A program made the position numbers and the translations under genes. The notes beneath the pieces are model-generated. The model was not told the DNA's origin. It worked only from the letters and a program-made list of their open reading frames with translations, and made no database searches. Of a stretch of DNA of 64,000 nt, positions 13,152-27,385 are shown one piece after another; within the stretch, counting starts at the first letter, position 1, and the number at the start of each line of letters is the position of its first letter. The DNA is from Asterias rubens (lineage: Eukaryota): assembly GCF_902459465.1 (NCBI RefSeq), contig NC_047080.1, forward strand, positions 11,532,001 to 11,596,000, given 5' to 3'.

Positions 13152-16100
13152 AGGTACTACAGTAACATAATGCATTAGGTAATAAATTAGTTCACTGTTG
13201 ACATCAGGTCAGTACGACCAAACAACAGACAATCAGAGCAATTCCATTTAGCAATTAAAACTAAGAGGACAGACAAAGTCACAATCTGGTTATGCAACAC
13301 AAGGTTTCTCTAACAGTCTCCATGGCAGCAAACAATAGCTGACCCTGTTTGTATGAGGTCACTTTCCTGACCACTTTCAGGAAAGTATTTTACAATTTCA
13401 ATATTAAAATAACCTGCACTAAAATTCACCTGTTTGCTTCTAACCCAGGCAAACTAGGGTGTATCTTTAGCTTTTATGAATTAATTCCGTTGTCGAGCAG
13501 GCATGATATATCATTTTTCTCATTCAGGTTCATTTCAGTCCCTCTATTTCATTTTTAGGCATTCACCGGTTCAAAGAGAAATTTTTTTTTAAATACCATC
13601 AGTTATATTTAACTTTATTTGCCCACCAAAGTGTACCATTTTTTTGCCTGCTAATATTTCCACCCAGTGGTCCTACAAAGATATCATGAGTCAGACCACC
13701 TTAGGGAAAAAAACAAATTTAGTCAACACCTTATTTTTGAAATGGAAAATCTGACTGGACTGAACTTGGAGTGGAAAAGTCCACTTCTAGTATAATCTTT
13801 TCCATGGTGGGCCGTTCTTAAGTATCCTACGCAGATCGCAGTTGAGTCATCCCGCTGTTGCCCCTAGCAACAACCTGACAATTGTTCCCCAATGAGCAAA
13901 TGTTATGCATGGGTTATGATGAAGAGATGGTAAGGTCCGATAGGCAGTAACACCTACAATGATGGAGTCTGGTTTATCACTACGCCTACACTGGGTGGCT
14001 GATGGAAGTTAGCACCATGGAAACCACCATACACACAACCAGACTATTTGTTCTGCATTGATCTCTGCATGCACAGAGATCACTAGAATCTTCTGTGTAG
14101 AGAGGAGAAGGTGACATAAAAGTGCCATCTGGGTGATGAGACCTTACACCTTGGGATAAAGTATGAACCTTTTGTAGCTAAAAAGTAAACAAGGATAAAT
14201 GACGGTGAAGATGCACAACGGTTTTACTGAGCAAGAAACATGTTTCCTTAAAAATCTCCCAAGAAATAATGCATTTGTCAAACAATGCAAGATGTCACTT
14301 GAAAAATATATAATTTTGTATAACGGTACAAAGGTTTTTATGGCCGCGATGCAAATTACCACTTGACATTTATGTTTATAATAATAATATAGTAATAATA
14401 TGGAAGTGTTACAATTATAGCACCAAATACTCACACAAAATAACAAATAATCATGGCAACTGTTGACACGATCAGAATGATTGATAACACAGACACAAGC
14501 AATATTGCAGAGCTCATAACATACATGTACTGCAACTGCAACCCAAGAAGGTGTCACTTATAGCCATTGTATGACCACTGCCTATCATCAAGGGCCATAA
14601 ACAGCCAGGACTTCTTGCAGCCAAAGAAAGAAAAATTATGAGCAAATATTTTATGGAATTGGATCCCTTCCAAAAGCAAGCCTCTATATACCATGTAATG
14701 TTTGTTTACAAAAAGAGCAAGTTTGTACATTCCAGGACATCTCTGGTAGGCAAGATACTACACTGGTCAAGTGGGATTCTTAAATTTTGTGTAAAAATTT
14801 CCAAATATTTTCAAGCACTATAAAAAAAAAACTGAACAAGTTCTGAGAGGTGCCCCTTTCTTCATATCTAAAGTTGATACATAAAGTATAAGACTAATGT
14901 TTTCTTCCATTTTGGCTGTGTACAAATCATGCCTGCAGAAATCCAGGCTCTGTGGTTCTTTTTTAAACATGTGATGACACAAGTTCCATCGTCAAAGGGA
15001 TGGTGTGAGACTTCCTTCCTGAGCACTTGAGCAATTTGATTCCCATTCCTTTAAACCCATCATCTCCTAATTTCTGTGAGGCCAAGTGGAAATAAACGGA
15101 AAGGTTTTTCCCAATGGAACTATTAGCTATCACCACAAAAAAATAACCCACTAATTTTTTAAGTAATTTTTTTTTGGGTCGACTTAATTGCGAATTGCTG
15201 TCGATTATTAGGGACATTGCGTGATAGTATTTTTTAGAGATGCAATAAGGGGGCGGGGGGCTGGGAGGGGACTACTTCTCTTTAAATGTCAGCCTTGATA
15301 ACCTTCCATAAACAAACCAGCCCTGGGGTGCAGTTCCAGAATACAGATGAAAGTAGTTTTGTTAATACTTGAGGTTTGAGATGCATCTGCCTATGCGGCT
15401 AGGGAATACAGGATTTCAAAACACAATCATACATAATACACACCTAGCTGCGAGGTAAGAGCTGAAGTCACTAAATGGTACTCAAGTATCTGCCTTTTAA
15501 ACAAGACAGGTGTTCATAAAATGTCATATGGGAGAATATAAAACTTAAAGGAACACGTTGCCTTGGATCGGTCGAGTTGGAGAATATGAAACTTAATCTG
15601 TGTATGTCTCTCTGAGGTATGTGAAGAAAGTCCTTTGGTTATGTTTTCTTTTCTTCTCGACAACATTGGAAGAAGATGAGCAATGTCTTGTGGCAGAGTG
15701 TGGTCGGATATTATCAATTCATAGCAGGGGAATTCATTAGGCACTTCTGATGCAAAGTCTTTAGGGAAGACGCTGGGTACATGAATACCAAGTACATTAT
15801 TTCCAATAACTCATTTTGCTTTAGGGGGTATATTTAAAATCTGACTGCATGAAATTTAGCAAGCTGATAGACTATTTATTTATTTCCTTTATTTACACAG
15901 GGTGAGTCAAAATCAGTATTAAGAACTGGTTTCCATTTGTTCCATGAGTTAAGAACAAAACTGTTCAGTTTATGCAAATATTTAATGTTCCAGACTAACT
16001 ATAAAATGAATAAGCGCTAAAAATCTGCAAGGCATGGGGTTCAAATTTTATTTAGTTTCTTAGTTTCTAAAGTAGGGAGTGACTTTTTATCTTTTATGAA

Positions 16101-16179
16101 AACTAATCATGGATGTCATTTATGCTCAAGTGCCTACTTGCTTGTTGTCCCATGTGTCAGGATGTATGCAGAAGTTTCT

Positions 16180-16299
16180 CCACCCCTCCCCCTCCCCCAT
16201 CTCCAGAACAAATTGCCAATGTCTCTTGAAACACAACTTGACATTGCTTCCTTCCGATCACATCTCAAAACATACCTTTTCAATCAGACATTTCATTAA
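16180..16299 (+). mobile_element. 3' remnant of an L2/CR1-group LINE ORF2
   Basis: Translates ...PHLQNKLPMSLETQLDIASFRSHLKTYLF, resembling the WN.LP...FK..LKTYLF terminal motif of L2/CR1-group reverse transcriptase ORFs. Confidence 0.6.
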
Positions 16300-16889
16300 C
16301 TCTCTGGAGGTCTCAGGGCAATGAAAAAAATCTGTAGATAACAGAGTTTTAAAAATCTTATTATGTGCTTCTTTGGACACCCCAAACAAAGATAAGGACA
16401 AAATAGGGAAATCGCCATTATAGGGCTAGATACATGTAGTTCAGTTGATAGAGCGGGAGCTCATCAATCCGGAGGTCGTTGGTTCGAGTCTCACTCTAGT
16501 CAGTTTTTCTTTGGTTCAACCCAAAATCATTTGGAAAATGTTCCAACATATTCCACTTTGTAGTGCAGCGTAACAGCATGTACTGATACATGTATACTGT
16601 TTGCCGAAAGAACATGCAAACAAACTCCAGGAATCCCCCAGGAATACCAGAATCAAGAAATTTCCATATTTGCATTCCTTCGGGAGGGTCCTTCTGTCAT
16701 ACATTTACATGTATGCACGTCACATTGCATTTAGCATAATTCTCCCTGGCATGCCTGGGATTTGAAGGCATAGGCCTACTGACTACATGCACGTATTTCA
16801 TGTCAATATTGTAAGATGTTATTTCGAAATTCAAAGACTTTTGTACAATAAGAATGTTAAAACTGTTTGTTTTGGTTGATTTATTACAG

Positions 16890-17048
16890 CAGGCCTGTAT
16901 GCTTCGTTTTTGAAAGGGCAAGGGCACCAAGGCATTTTCTCTTTGGCAAAGGGCACCCTATGAGGAAATTGTAAATTTCTACTGGAGCATTTCAAGGGCA
17001 CCAAGGCAATGACAAGCCCTCCGTTGCCTCTGTGAAGTATCAGGCCTG
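16890..17048. mobile_element. Small CAGGCCTG-bounded dispersed element (relative at 51677-51790); related to the sequences hosting the 35-bp and 21-bp tandem repeats
   Basis: CAGGCCTG at both ends. The interior CTACTGGAGCATTTCAAGGGCA and 3' TTGCCTC.GTGAAG.ATCA.GCCT are shared with the flanks of 55804-56498. Confidence 0.7.
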
Positions 17049-17104
17049 TTTCAGGAAAACCACCAATGGGAAGATCTACAGGACACTGACCCAAATCACC
17101 TAGG

Positions 17105-17355
17105 CCAATTTCATAGCGCTGCTTAGCAAATTTGCATGCTTACTGTAGCAGAAAAACTTGCTTAAGCCTTAGCGTATTTCACAGGTTAGCAGACAAACAG
17201 GGGGGCCATTGCGTGTTTACCATGGATTTGCATTGTGACATCATTTATTTTCGTGCGGTAAGCACCGTAAGGTTAGAATGCCTTTTTGTGTGCTTACAGT
17301 TAGCAGCGCTATGAAATAGCACAAAATCGGCCGCTAAGCAGCGCTATGAAATTGG
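17105..17355. mobile_element. MITE with a perfect 23-bp TIR (related copies near 53033-53260 and fragments near 44700-44855, 50690-50780, 52395-52740)
   Basis: CCAATTTCATAGCGCTGCTTAGC at 17105-17127 and its reverse complement at 17333-17355. Confidence 0.8.
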
Positions 17356-18570
17356 GCCCTGAAGTCATCATTACCCAACAATAAACTTGGTTGTTTAAAC
17401 ATCAGGTTTCTTATGCGCTACTGTACAATGCACATTTTTGGCCTGACATGCAAACTGAATTTTGCAAAATTATTTGTGCATACGTAAGAAGCCCAGCCCG
17501 ACAACAATACGACCAACAATTTAGCACACATATTTTAGCAAGAACAGTTTCACCTACATTTCAAGTTAGGTTATTTATTCATCTGTTATAAACCGCATCT
17601 TCATTATCTATTGGTAGGCCTTTATCAGGTATCTTTCTGTAATCATATGTCTTACACACAACATTGCAGTGCGTGAAGAATCTATAAATATTTGATCTTC
17701 TTTAAGAATGTTCTTGAATATGACTGGAGTATAAGTTAAGGTTCGTCTGAAGACATACAGATGGAAAGTACGTTTGAAATCCAATTACTTTGCTACACTC
17801 CATGAGTCAATAATTAATAATGGTCGGACTGAGATTTTATCTTCATGTGCATCTTCCAATCAAAGCAAGGTCATTGATGCAGCCATGCTCGTTATACACA
17901 AACCATATTGCGCATTGAAATAAGTAATATTATTTAAGGTATCAAGTAATGTATACATTTAAACTTTTTGGGAGGGGAGGGAGGGGAGGGAGGGGAGGGG
18001 GGATCAGTGAAGTGGACCTACATGTTCATCCCATCCTCAAATTGTTAAAGGCTTGGGACACTACAGTTTGTTTTTGAGTATTTGAAGAATGCTACAAAAT
18101 GAAGCTGATGACCTGCCATCATTTTACTTTCTTATACTTTCAATCCTTTGCATGAGAAGGAACTTATTTGCAAATGTTGTAATAATTTTGTTAATTTATA
18201 TTGTTGCCTTGGAGAAAAGCTCTGTTAAAATTGTGAGGTACTTCTTACACAAACCACATGTCATTCTGATAAGTAAGCAGTTTGCAATAGGAATTTTATT
18301 TATTTTTGTTCACAACAATGCCCACATGACTCACAAGTACTTGTACTTGATCTAAGACAATTCCTTTCTCTTGGGAAGACGCCTTCTAAGTTATCTTTCC
18401 CCTTCTCAAATATCAGATAAGGTAGAGCCATGTCACAGATGGCATCCATCCGTACAGGCATCACCCATGTATGAAATGACCAACATTTACCTATAAATTG
18501 TGGTCCCAACTGTAATCACGGACCTTTGCTAGTTGTAAGTGCAGAGGCTGCCTACTGCAGGATGCCTGCA

Positions 18571-19290
18571 GACTTACTAACGATCGACCTCATTGATTAT
18601 TAGGCATAAGGACATGTAGGATGGGTCTTAAAACGCACTGAAGATGCATTCAAGACACGGACAAGCAACACAAGTTATTGTTTTTTACATCTTGCTAGTA
18701 TTACGAAGGGCAGTTCAATATTGAGATATTATTTTAAGGTAAAAAACATCGGAATTTTTTTTATATAAAAAAACAAGGAAACAATTGTAGCTATCTGAAA
18801 AAATTCTAGATTTGTTGTGGACTTAATAATAATAAATAATAATAGCTAATTCTTATATAGCGTATTTCATAACTGAAAGAAATACCAATGCGCTTAACAA
18901 AACGATCAATAGGCATAGTATGCGCCTCAGATTACTCTGAAGATGCATTCAAGACACGTACAAGCAGCACAAATCAATGCCTTTTACATCTTGCTAATAT
19001 TATGAAGGGCAATTCAATGTTGAGATATTATTTTAAGGTAAAAACATTGGAATTAATTTTTATAAAAAAACAAGGAAACAATGGTAGCTATCTGAAAATA
19101 TTCTAGATTTGTTGTGGACTTACTAATGATTGACCTCAACGATCATTAGGCATAGTAGGGACCTCAGAATACTCTGAAGATGCATTCAAGACACGTACAA
19201 GCAGCACAAATCAATGCCTTTTACATCTTGCTAATATTATGAAGGGCAATTCAAGATTGAGGTATCATTTTAAAATAAAACATCGGACTT
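18571..19290. repeat. Local triplication of an ~240-250 bp unit
   Basis: Units start near 18571, 18820 and 19117 and share CTGAAGATGCATTCAAGACACG..TTTTACATCTTGCTA..GAAGGGCA. Copy 2 is interrupted by an (AAT)n-containing segment. Confidence 0.9.
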
Positions 19291-20762
19291 TAGAAGAAAA
19301 AAAAGGGATTACTTAAAAAAGAAAAGAAACAAGTACTGCTTGTTCTACATTTTGTGTGTAAACATTTTGTAAAAATTATTTTTGACTTTTGTGATTTGCA
19401 AAATATTTCAATATCAATTTATCTGAATTTATCTGAAATGGGAGACTTTAAATTTTGAAATAAATATGTTCATTTTATAAGCAATCATTTATTTGATAAC
19501 ATTAATGTCACAATAATAACAAACAACCAGAAACTATTTGGAAATGGATATTGAAAAAGCCCACAACGTATGCATCATCACTTTCACTTTCAAACAAATT
19601 CAACGAAAATATTCCATTTTGCAATAGCTCACAGGTTGGAAATACCTCAGCGGAAGATATAATGCAATAAAACCACACGCAGCAAGTGTATTTTAAGTAA
19701 TATGATTTTGATGGAGGTGCGCTTAAAGACAAGGATCAAAGACAACTGCACTATGTCCATCCACGCAGTCCGGTAGTATGCCAGACTTCCTCTCGATGCA
19801 TCATATTATATGCAAACACCACCTCGGGGCATGAATCGACCACCAAGATGCGACGAGGAAGAACTAAGATGCAACTCAAGCATGAGCAAAATCGGATAAC
19901 ATCTTCACAGGCATTTTAGCAAGTTTATAAATGTACGTACAAAAATACACGTGAGTGAAAAGATGCGGATTAAACAAACCTTACAAATGAAATAAAGATG
20001 TATTTTTCAGCACTCTTCTAAATGCCATTTACTACTTTTGTACAAGATAAACCCAGGAGAGGTATTAAACAAGTACTTTGTATGCGTGTAAACATAAACT
20101 AAGTGTAAAAGCATTGAAACAATCACACAAAAAGGTCATAAAATGTAGAATATTAAGTTCTGAGTATGACTGGGTATTGAGGCACGGACATCCCTTCCCT
20201 CATGTGATACCCCTGGACAAGAAGTCACATGATGTACAATGGAGGCAACAACACTACCACTACTGGTCCCGGCCAATTTCCTACTGTCCACCTTACACAG
20301 TTCTTTTCAGACTAAGAAGTCTCTTGAATTCTACTCCCAGGCAGAAAATAATTGGCAAGACAAGTTATGAAAGAACAAATCTACAACATTTCTCATAAAT
20401 GTTTGATCTTGTGACTTTGATGCAGCCCGCCTGACATAGTCTCCAGCTCTCCCCTGGCTGAATCAAATGTCATAATCATTGAATTAATAGCCATTGAACT
20501 ACAAGGTGCACTTCAGTTTCCTGGCCAGTTACGAATCCATGATCCTACAAAATATCGGAAGCACAAAAGTACGAGTGCAAAAGTCAAGTACAGCATCAGT
20601 ACAGGGACATGCCAAGCTCATTTACAAAAGCCTCACAATCTTCCTAGAACATAGTTTCGTTCTTTCCTTTCACGGATGAGATATAAAATGAGATATTAAA
20701 TAAGTACGATCCATAAAAGATGACCTCTTTGACCGCCACTACGGTGGACTTTTCATTGTTTT

Positions 20763-21120
20763 AATAATAATAATAACCCGTCTTTATATAGCGCTTTTCA
20801 CACCCGGAGGGCGTCCCAAAGCGCTTCACATTATTACCCCTGGTCACTGGGCCTTAAATCACTCCTTAAACCCATCTCAGCTCCCTGGTGGGGAGTATAC
20901 AGCCTTGTGCAACATTAATATGCGCTACTCGGCTAAATCAATCACAAGAACCATCTCTGCCCTCACAGGTACCCATTTACCCCTGGGTGGAGAGAAGCAA
21001 TTATAGTTAAGTGTCTTGCTCAGGGACACAAGTGTCACGACCGGGATTCGAACCCACACTCTGCTGAACAGAAACACCAGAGCTTGAGTTCGGTGTTCTT
21101 ATCCACTCGGCCACGACGCC
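20763..21120 (-). mobile_element. tRNA-derived SINE of a second family, with (TTA)n tail
   Basis: Minus-strand head GGCGTCGTGGCCGAGTGG...GGTTCGAATCCCGG, central CAGGTACCCATTTACCCCTGGGTGGAGAGAAGCAA segment, and a 3' end ...AAGCGCTATATAAAGACGGG(TTA)n. A fragment of the central segment recurs near 41290-41360. Confidence 0.8.
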
Positions 21121-24100
21121 CTAACCGTGAAACTCAAGAGTGCTAAGAAATAATTACACTGCCATAGAGTGGTGCTGTAATAAATGCAGGGTAAAAGGAG
21201 TGTTGTCTGTTATGTTAAAATGTTTTCCATTGTCTATAGCTTATTGGGGTCAGTAAAAAACCTAGTAAATTCCCCATGCTCTTCAAAAAATAATTAATTA
21301 ATTATATTGAAAGCTCATGAAATGCCTAATTACTTAGCTTAATGGAGGTTGTATAAAGAGATCAATTCACTCTCATTAAGTTAGGAGATGGAAACTAAAA
21401 TATTTATAATTAAGTCCAGCCTCTAACTACTTGTTTTATTTGTTAATTACTCTTATATTTTTTAATAGTATGCTTATAACTTTTCCTAATGAAGTGGGAG
21501 AGGGTGGGTAAGAGAGGGACCTGGCTTCCGAAGGGAGGAAGATGTAGTGGCAATAGTAATGGCTTTTTACTATACTTCGCAACAAACCCCAAAGGTCTTA
21601 TAAATTAACCTAATAGAAAGATGAGGGACCAAAATATGCAAATTGATTCTTCAGGATGGGTGGTCATGCATGCAATCCAGGTACCACCTGCAACCTCCTA
21701 CGCCCCTGGCAAATGGTTATTTGGGATTCGCCCCACAAATTCTAAAAATAAACAAATTCTCAAATATCGAGTTAAATCACAAGGGAAAATTTTCAATTAT
21801 CTAGGGTTGAACAAACTAAGAATAGTTGACTGGGGCAGGATTTGAACCAACAACCTGCCAACATTCTACCAACTATCTTATCTCTATACATGTAGCTCTA
21901 TGTTAGTGGTCTCCCTATTTTGTCAAAACCTTAGTTCAGGGGTGCCAGTCAGAAGCCGGAGGATTTTGGTTCAAATCCCACTCTAGTCAATTTTTCTTTG
22001 TTCACCCCCAAATTATGAAGAAAAAAATTCCCCAGCACACCTTTAAACTTTTCTAGATTGCAGGATTGCAGGTGTTGAGGGAGGAGACAAGGTCTTTGTA
22101 CAAACTGGCCTTTACCCTTTAATTGAAAAGAATTTCAAATGATAAAAACATCAAGGACTATTGCCTAGATTTATCCGTATAAGATTAAATAGATTTAGTG
22201 CGCAAGTAAGTACTGAGTGCTTGGTGACATTATTATAATAGACAGCCTATCAATTCAATCATCTTACCAGCACTCCAGACGCTCTAGATAATATTCACGC
22301 AAACTCCTTTCTACCAGAGACAAAATTGATACTGGCTCCTCAGGATTCCATATGAAGTCTTGAAGTATTGCGTGAGGCTTCAACGGCTTGTCACTGTCAT
22401 TTTCTCTTTTGTTTTAACAACCTGTTCAGGGCTTGAATTAAGGGGCAGAAATCAACAAGACAGGGGACTCGTTGTTTACAATTGTTAGTAGACCAAGACT
22501 TGTTGCAAGACCAGAATCACAATCACAATACAAAATACACTATAACATATAGAGTGTCGCAATTAAGCTGATATAATTGTGATATACCTTAAGAAACAAT
22601 TTATTTCACTTGGGTAATACTTTTTATGGGTAATACAGAGTGAAAACATAAAGTAGACAAAAACTAGAAGAAAACAAAACTATAACAAATTATGCTCTAC
22701 CTGATCCTGGCGCGAAGACGTTGTTTTGAAAACAAATAAAAAATAATAATATTTGATTCCTTAATATATAGTTGCATAAAAGCTGTGCATGACATTCTGT
22801 CTAGTAAAGGTCATAAGTGTAATTTACATGATTTCATAAAAATGCTTATTGCATACTTTGTAATTTGAAATTTCAACTAATGACCTTACAGAGCATTGAG
22901 CCGATAATAATTGGGTCATTTTATAAGATGTTTGCCTCCAGACATTATACATCCTTAGAAGGGTCAGTTACTAAGTGGACTGGAGAGGTTGAGATTACAC
23001 ATAGCCCAAAATTGATTTATTACTTTGAATATCATCAAAGACGAACACTTAAGGCCATCACGTACATCACTTTGATAGCTTTTAGGGGTCACAGGGTCAA
23101 ATCAATTCAATAACAGACATACAGGAAGCACAGTGCCTCACCCTCCCTGCCTGTGGGGAGGGAGGTCTAGGTTTTCCCTCGCTCTGCATTTTTTCCATCT
23201 TTACCACCGTGGATGCCCCTTGATCACTGTTACTCCAGCTGTTTAATTTGCGTGTTCTATAGGCCTCTAGTTCTTGAACATCCTTGGTAGATTACATCCT
23301 GTTTGTTTACTTTGTCTCATTTGGATCTTCGATTGCCGCTTAAGATAAAGACTGGGAGTACTAAGACACAAATTTTGATGATGGAAACTTATTTCAACCG
23401 TCCTCTGTCTGGACTGCACGACCAGAAACATTTTGCTGATATAAAATTCACAAACCAAATCTTTTTAGGAAACTGTTTAAAAAAGATATCCTCACAACAA
23501 GAAACAATATGTCACATTTGTGGTAAAGACCAAACGAAAATGGATTCTTAAGGAATTAGCTTGTCATTTTCCCCCAACATAGTAAACCTTTTGTTCCGGT
23601 TGGCAGATTTGTCCAAACAATTTGATTGAGTTAGGTCTACACGTACATGTACATCCACCGAGGATGCCCATTTTCCACTGATGGAAAAAAAATACTGACC
23701 TAAATCCTACTCAGAGACTACACCAACACCTCCTCCGATAAAATATTACAAGAACCCAAAGATTTGTTACAAGGAGAAGCAAATATAAACGTGAACAAAC
23801 ACCGTGTGGGAAGGTTGACTCTGTATTACTATAAAACCCTGAGAGATGGGCATATAAAAATATATAAATATCAAGTCACTTTATATATAGTGGGTATTAA
23901 CATGGGAATAACAAGTTGATATACCCTTTTTTAGATATAGCTAGAATCAACAATCTTCCTTGCCATGTTTCTAAAACAGATCTTTTATTAGCCTGTCATG
24001 TAGGCCTGACGTAAAAGGCAGGATACCTTTGGTAAATACTCAAAAGAGTTGACCATAAAAACTTACTTGGTTAAAAGCACTGGAGAGATGTTGCTATTAT

Positions 24101-26664
24101 ACGACATTTTTACAACTCCCCAGAAAATTATGAAGCAATTTATAGTTTTAGAGAAAGGAGTCATTTGCAATCACCAACAAATTCTGAGAACATGCATCTG
24201 AAAGCACACATGCTACAAGGGTGTAACAAGGGTGGTATTTCTTCAATTATTTTGTCGCATTTTCTATGACCAATGGAGCCCAAAATATCACAGTTTTAAA
24301 AAAATATGTTTTGCATGTATTAGGAGACTCAAAGTGATGATGCTGGGCTTCGAAAATGACCAAAAGGATACCAAGCCAAATATACTCATCCATGAACATA
24401 TTGAAACATGGGAAAGGACTTGTTGCTGACACACAATCACCACAAACCCATCCAAGATAATTGCATTGATATCTGATCCAAGTTGAAAGCCAATTAGTAG
24501 ACCAATGTTCAAGGCCTGTGTAATGAAATATACAAAGTGCCACAGATTCAAGAACCTAATGTCTATGAGAAACTGTGCATGAGCAAGGAAAGGTCTCACC
24601 ATGAGTTCACCACTAGGGAATAGATATCCAGCATTTAGCCTCATTAGAATTCTGCTTTTGTAGGAGATTATGCACAATATATTTAATGAGAGTATAATAA
24701 TTATGTACTGTGGCAGTCCTGGAGGAATAAATTGATTATGTTTACCTCATTTACAAGAACTTGTAAGTTCTGAGAAAAAAAAATACTCCCATATGGGACA
24801 TTGGCAGAGCTAGAAAAAGATTATGAACACCTGGAAATTGACATTGCTTAGTTCTATTTTACTCATTCATTCATTCATTCATTCATTTATATTAAAAAAT
24901 AAATAATTATTCTGCAAGTAGAGTGACATGTTTATATTTCAGGGCCTTTCCCGGCAGGCATGCTATATCCTGCTCATTTCTGCTTTAAAAAAAGCAAGTC
25001 TATAAAATTGGGCCCAGATTATGCACGTTTACTATACTAACTGTGTCAGTCAATAACTCTCAGAACACATGTACTGTAAAAAGTGGAGCATCCACATAAA
25101 TACAGAAATATTGAGCCAAGAACAAGACATTTTCTTCAGTTTCCTACAGTGAACTTTTTGCAAGAAACAATCAACAGATATTTTACAAAATAAATGGATT
25201 TTTTTTAAAAACCTTGAATTACAAACAGGATAACTTATTTTAATGACAAGCATTTTACAGCAAATATAAAACAACATGTACATGTAGGATGCAACGAATG
25301 GATGCATTCAGCCATTAAAACAAAATGTCACGGCTAAACACCATTTCAGAGAGTCACCATCATCCATTTATTATACATGAGCAACATGTTAAAAATATGC
25401 TACTGTGTGCGAGTACAGTGCACTATTGCAATAGGTTCAGACAAATGCATTTTCAAAACGAATCTCTCGACCTACCAATTAATCTACGATATTCGTTGAT
25501 TATTACACACACAGAACATTGAAATTTGATTGGTACATAGAACACAATCAGGATCCTTTATTGTTGCCACGTATTGTATACTGCCACGGCGCTCAAAACA
25601 AATTAACATCAGAGTGAATAGATAATTAGGTCAGTCTGAATTAGGTCCTCCAACAGCATTGTTGCCAAAAATAAATCTAGCCATTTCCCACACAGTTGTC
25701 GTTATGAGGCAAGGTTGTGCCATGGTATAGTGCAGGTCTAGTGTCATTAAGTCCCACATGTTGTTAAGAATTGGGGGTTTTCAGAGTAGGCCCTCGGCTG
25801 TAGTGTGGATGATTTGTTGTCTTTTTGTGTTTATTGTGAGGAAAAAAATAAATTTAAAGGAAAGATCTATATCAATGCACCAGGCCTATGTGTGAATTAA
25901 ATAAACAAATATTTGATGCATTTTGTTTGTTAATTGTCACAGAATATGGTCACAATGTGTGGACACTGGCTTTACCATTTTCACCAGGCGAGGCCAACAC
26001 TCCACGTTGTGATTATATTCTGTGACTTGCACTCAAATACTTCCAAAATTTTGTAGTATTTCCTCTTCAATGCTGAAGTAGTAATCTCAAAGCTAGGCAG
26101 TCTCTTTTATTAAAATAAAACTCACAATCATGTCCTGGGGTGACTGACTAGAATAAATGAAAATAGCAGTGGATAAAGAATGCATCCTCACACTAAACAC
26201 AAATGATATATCAAGTGGACCTACAGGAAGATATTAAAAATGTTATTTGTCGCCAGGAACAAATGAGCCATCATTAGCTAGTACAACAGACTCAATCATT
26301 ACAGGAGCCTGGATCCTTCACACGTACACATCTGTCGCTTGACAGGTCATGGCAATATTTTACAGTATCTTTCTTGGCGTTTGGGATGAATGCTTTTTTG
26401 AGGGGCAAGCCTGATGATGAATGTCTTTGTTTGAGCACCATTTTTTATTGCACACACAATGTCATGTCCCATTTGGACCATCTGTCCAGACAGGGCATCA
26501 AATCTATTTCCTCAAAATGATGGCATAACTTCAAATTCATGACGCAGAGATGGGAAATTGTTTCATGAGATTGATTTTCACTGATATATTTCATGACAAG
26601 GTCATTTATCAGTAAGCTAAAACAGTTGCTGGTATCACATGTAACTTGCAACGACAGAAACATG

Positions 26665-27147
26665 TTAATTTTTGCTTTTTTTACCCATATACACCGATGT
26701 GTGTAGCACTGTATACTCAGTACTTTCCTGAGTCCTGTGAAAAAATCACAGGCATTTTACTCGGGTGGGATTCGAACCCACGACCTTTGCAATTCTAGAG
26801 CAGTGTCATGCCAACTAGACCACCGAGATTGCCCGGTAGCTAGAGGCAGTTCGAATCCTATGTTTTAGCAGCGTGTACTGCAAACGATTTAATAGATGTT
26901 AAATTTGCATCGGGGATAAAGAATATTAATTTTTGCTTTTTTTCACCCATATACACCGATGTGTGTAGCACTGTATACTCAGTACTTTCCCGAGTCCTGT
27001 GAAAAAATCACAGGCATTTTACTCGGGTGGGATTCGAACCCACGACCTTTGCAATTCTAGAGCAGTGTCATACCAACTAGACCACCGAGATTGCCCGGTA
27101 GCTAGAGGCAGTTCGAATCCTATGTTTTAGCAGCGGGTACTGCAACA
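26665..27147 (-). mobile_element. Head-to-tail dimer of a tRNA-derived SINE-like element (261-bp unit)
   Basis: Two near-identical copies start at 26665 and 26926. On the minus strand they carry an A box (TGGTCTAGTTGG) and a B box (GGTTCGAATCC). The pair is flanked by the direct repeat GACAGAAACATG (26653-26664, 27148-27159). Confidence 0.85.
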
Positions 27148-27385
27148 GACAGAAACATGCAAAACATAACCTATAAAATAGTACCAGTATTAAATGCTAG
27201 CACTGCATGTTTGCTGCATACATTCTATTCCTACACAAGAAAACCAAGGTGTCTAAAGACATCATTTTGAACAATTTATTTTTATATTTTTATAATGTTA
27301 TCTTTCCAAAAGTAATTCTGTCTAAGGGAAACCACGGAGGATGGAAATGGGAAAATAAATCATATTAGGTGATCATAATTGATGA

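Noticed and set aside
24247-24677. Overlapping 98-aa and 129-aa minus-strand ORFs as possible KCNT exons
   Set aside because: No resemblance to the KCNT S1-S6 or RCK sequence that I could recognise, and no convincing phase-2 acceptor.
26755-26830. Genuine tRNA genes here and at 49160-49225, 58620-58690, 21040-21120, 38080-38150
   Set aside because: A and B boxes are present, but I could not build a cloverleaf with a paired acceptor stem. Each runs into a shared non-tRNA body found in several copies, so they are SINE heads. tRNAscan-SE would settle this.
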